Origin: Leucoraja ocellata
Taxonomy: Eukaryota
Assembly: GCA_036785375.1 (NCBI GenBank)
Contig: JAWMAR010000008.1
Span: 3,410,001-3,474,000 of the forward strand
DNA: 64,000 bases
Reading direction: 5' to 3'
The position numbers and the translations under genes were made by a program. The notes under the pieces are model-generated. The model was not told the origin of the DNA, ran no database searches, and saw only the letters and a program-made list of their open reading frames with translations. Below are positions 62,486 to 64,000 of this stretch, in pieces (positions within the stretch are counted from its first letter, which is position 1; each line of letters opens with the position of its first letter).

Positions 62486-63754
62486 TATAGTGAAAAGGTT
62501 TGCTATGTACGTAATCCAATCAAGTCAGATAATACTATACATAAATGCAATCAAGTACAACAGGTAGAGCTAGCTAAGTCTAACCAAAAGCTGTCTAATC
62601 GCCATCATTCACAGCTGGAAATGGCAGGAATGCAAAGCTTTGATTTGATCCATTGGTTGTGGGATCATTCAACTGTTTTATGAGTATTACTTTCATTGTT
62701 TGGCATGTAAGCAGTTCTGAGTAGCTTCAACATGTTGGTGCCACATTCTTTGGACATCTAGTATTTTTGTTGGATATTCCTCAGAGATTCCTGCTTGTGT
62801 TAAAGTACAATTCTCTAGCTGATGTTCTTTAGCATCTTACGAATGCCATGAGATATGTTTGTTGGTCAAATGTGATGAGTTGCTTAGCTTTCTTCATTTG
62901 TCTTGCCATAGAGCAATATTTTAGAGTATTATTGAAAACCACAATTTGCTACTGAAGGAGGTCAAGTCAATGGATATTTTTACGGCAGGAATAGATAGAT
63001 TCTTGATTAGTACAGGTGTTGGGTTATGGACAGAAGACAGAAGAATGGGGTTAGGAGGGAGAGATAGATCAGCCATGATTGAATGGTGGAGTAGACTTGA
63101 TGGGCTGAATGGCCTAATTCTGCTCCTATTACTTATGGCCTTATGATCAATATGGAAGTATCTTTTTTCTTAGTTACAAATCTACCACAATCCTGTTACT
63201 GAAGCTAAATTGGTGGTAAATGTACATTGGGCGATGTCTGAGATTTTTCATTGCTGGGTATGTTGTTGAGAGCATATAATTTCAATGCTGTAGTCCCCAA
63301 TCTTCCCCACCTCCCAAACCCACTCATCCGGAGATACATGGGTTTGAATCCTTAGCAGTTTAATGCAGTTACCATGAACAACAACACTTCTACTGGGGAT
63401 ATTATCACGTTTCAATTGCTGTGTTTTTACTTGCGTAATTAGTATGTTTAATACAATCCTTTTGCCAAAGGACAATTGTTTCAAATTCTGTGTTTGCCTT
63501 CATTATCTTCTCTGGTTAATGTTAATTTACCACTAATCTGGATATTTTCAGTAGGAAATATTGGCAGTGGTAAGGCCTTCAACATTGAGCTGCAGTAGCA
63601 CTTAACCTCAACACTTGGTGGCATTTAACGGTGCCGCCTGGCCTGGGGAGGCATGGCTTTTAGCGGTCTGCAGACGCGGTAAAGATATTAGTTTCGCTTT
63701 GTGGGCTTATGAGCCTGTAAGCTACTCGTGGCGGAGGCCGCGTAGAGGCTGTCT

Positions 63755-64000
63755 TTGTCTCCTCCGCCATTCAATGTGATCATGGCTGATCACCCCCTGA
63801 CTCCGCTATTTTTAAGAGCCCTTTCAAGAGAGAGCTAGATAGGGCTCTTAAAAATAGCGGAGTCGGGGGATATGGGGAGAAGGCAGGAATGGGTACTGAT
63901 TGTGGATGATCAGCCATTCAATGTGATCATGGCTGATCATCCACAATTAGTACCCCGTTCCTGCCTACTCCCCATATCCCCTGACTCCGCTATTTTTAAG
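63755..64000. mobile_element. Zig-zag (minus/plus/minus) array of CR1 3'-tail segments, running off the window
   Basis: ccctgactccgctatttttaagagccct / agggctcttaaaaatagcggagtc and gatcagccat / atggctgatc mirror pairs. Confidence 0.8.

Noticed and set aside
57288-64000. BAZ1B bromodomain exons
   Set aside because: No LELQKCEEIL or WPFREPV-like coding segment was found; they presumably lie downstream of the window, so this is not evidence of truncation.

Overview
Eukaryotic vertebrate genomic DNA, most likely from a cartilaginous fish (skate, ray or shark). That assignment is inferred from HE1-type tRNA SINEs, CR1/HER1-like LINEs and Penelope relics. The window holds the CpG-island promoter and the first 16 coding exons of BAZ1B/WSTF on the + strand (ATG at 9503). 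All splice phases are consistent, giving 4116 nt or 1372 codons covering the WAC, DDT, WHIM/WSD, PHD and acidic regions. The bromodomain exons lie beyond the window end. The introns and upstream flank are filled with CR1, L2, L1/Tx1, Rex1-tailed, Penelope-derived, Tc1 and hAT elements. I found no new multi-gene system. The most notable observations are: (i) Gly at the position of human WSTF Cys338, reported as needed for its tyrosine-kinase activity; (ii) a canonical AT-hook between the PHD finger and the bromodomain; (iii) a U12-type first intron; (iv) a family of short, often palindromic Penelope-derived elements carrying minimal hammerhead-ribozyme cores; (v) a GC-rich SINE-like family with a CTCF-like head; (vi) inverted CR1 copies bracketing exon 16. 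Comparisons with human BAZ1B come from my recollection of the sequence and should be verified by alignment.
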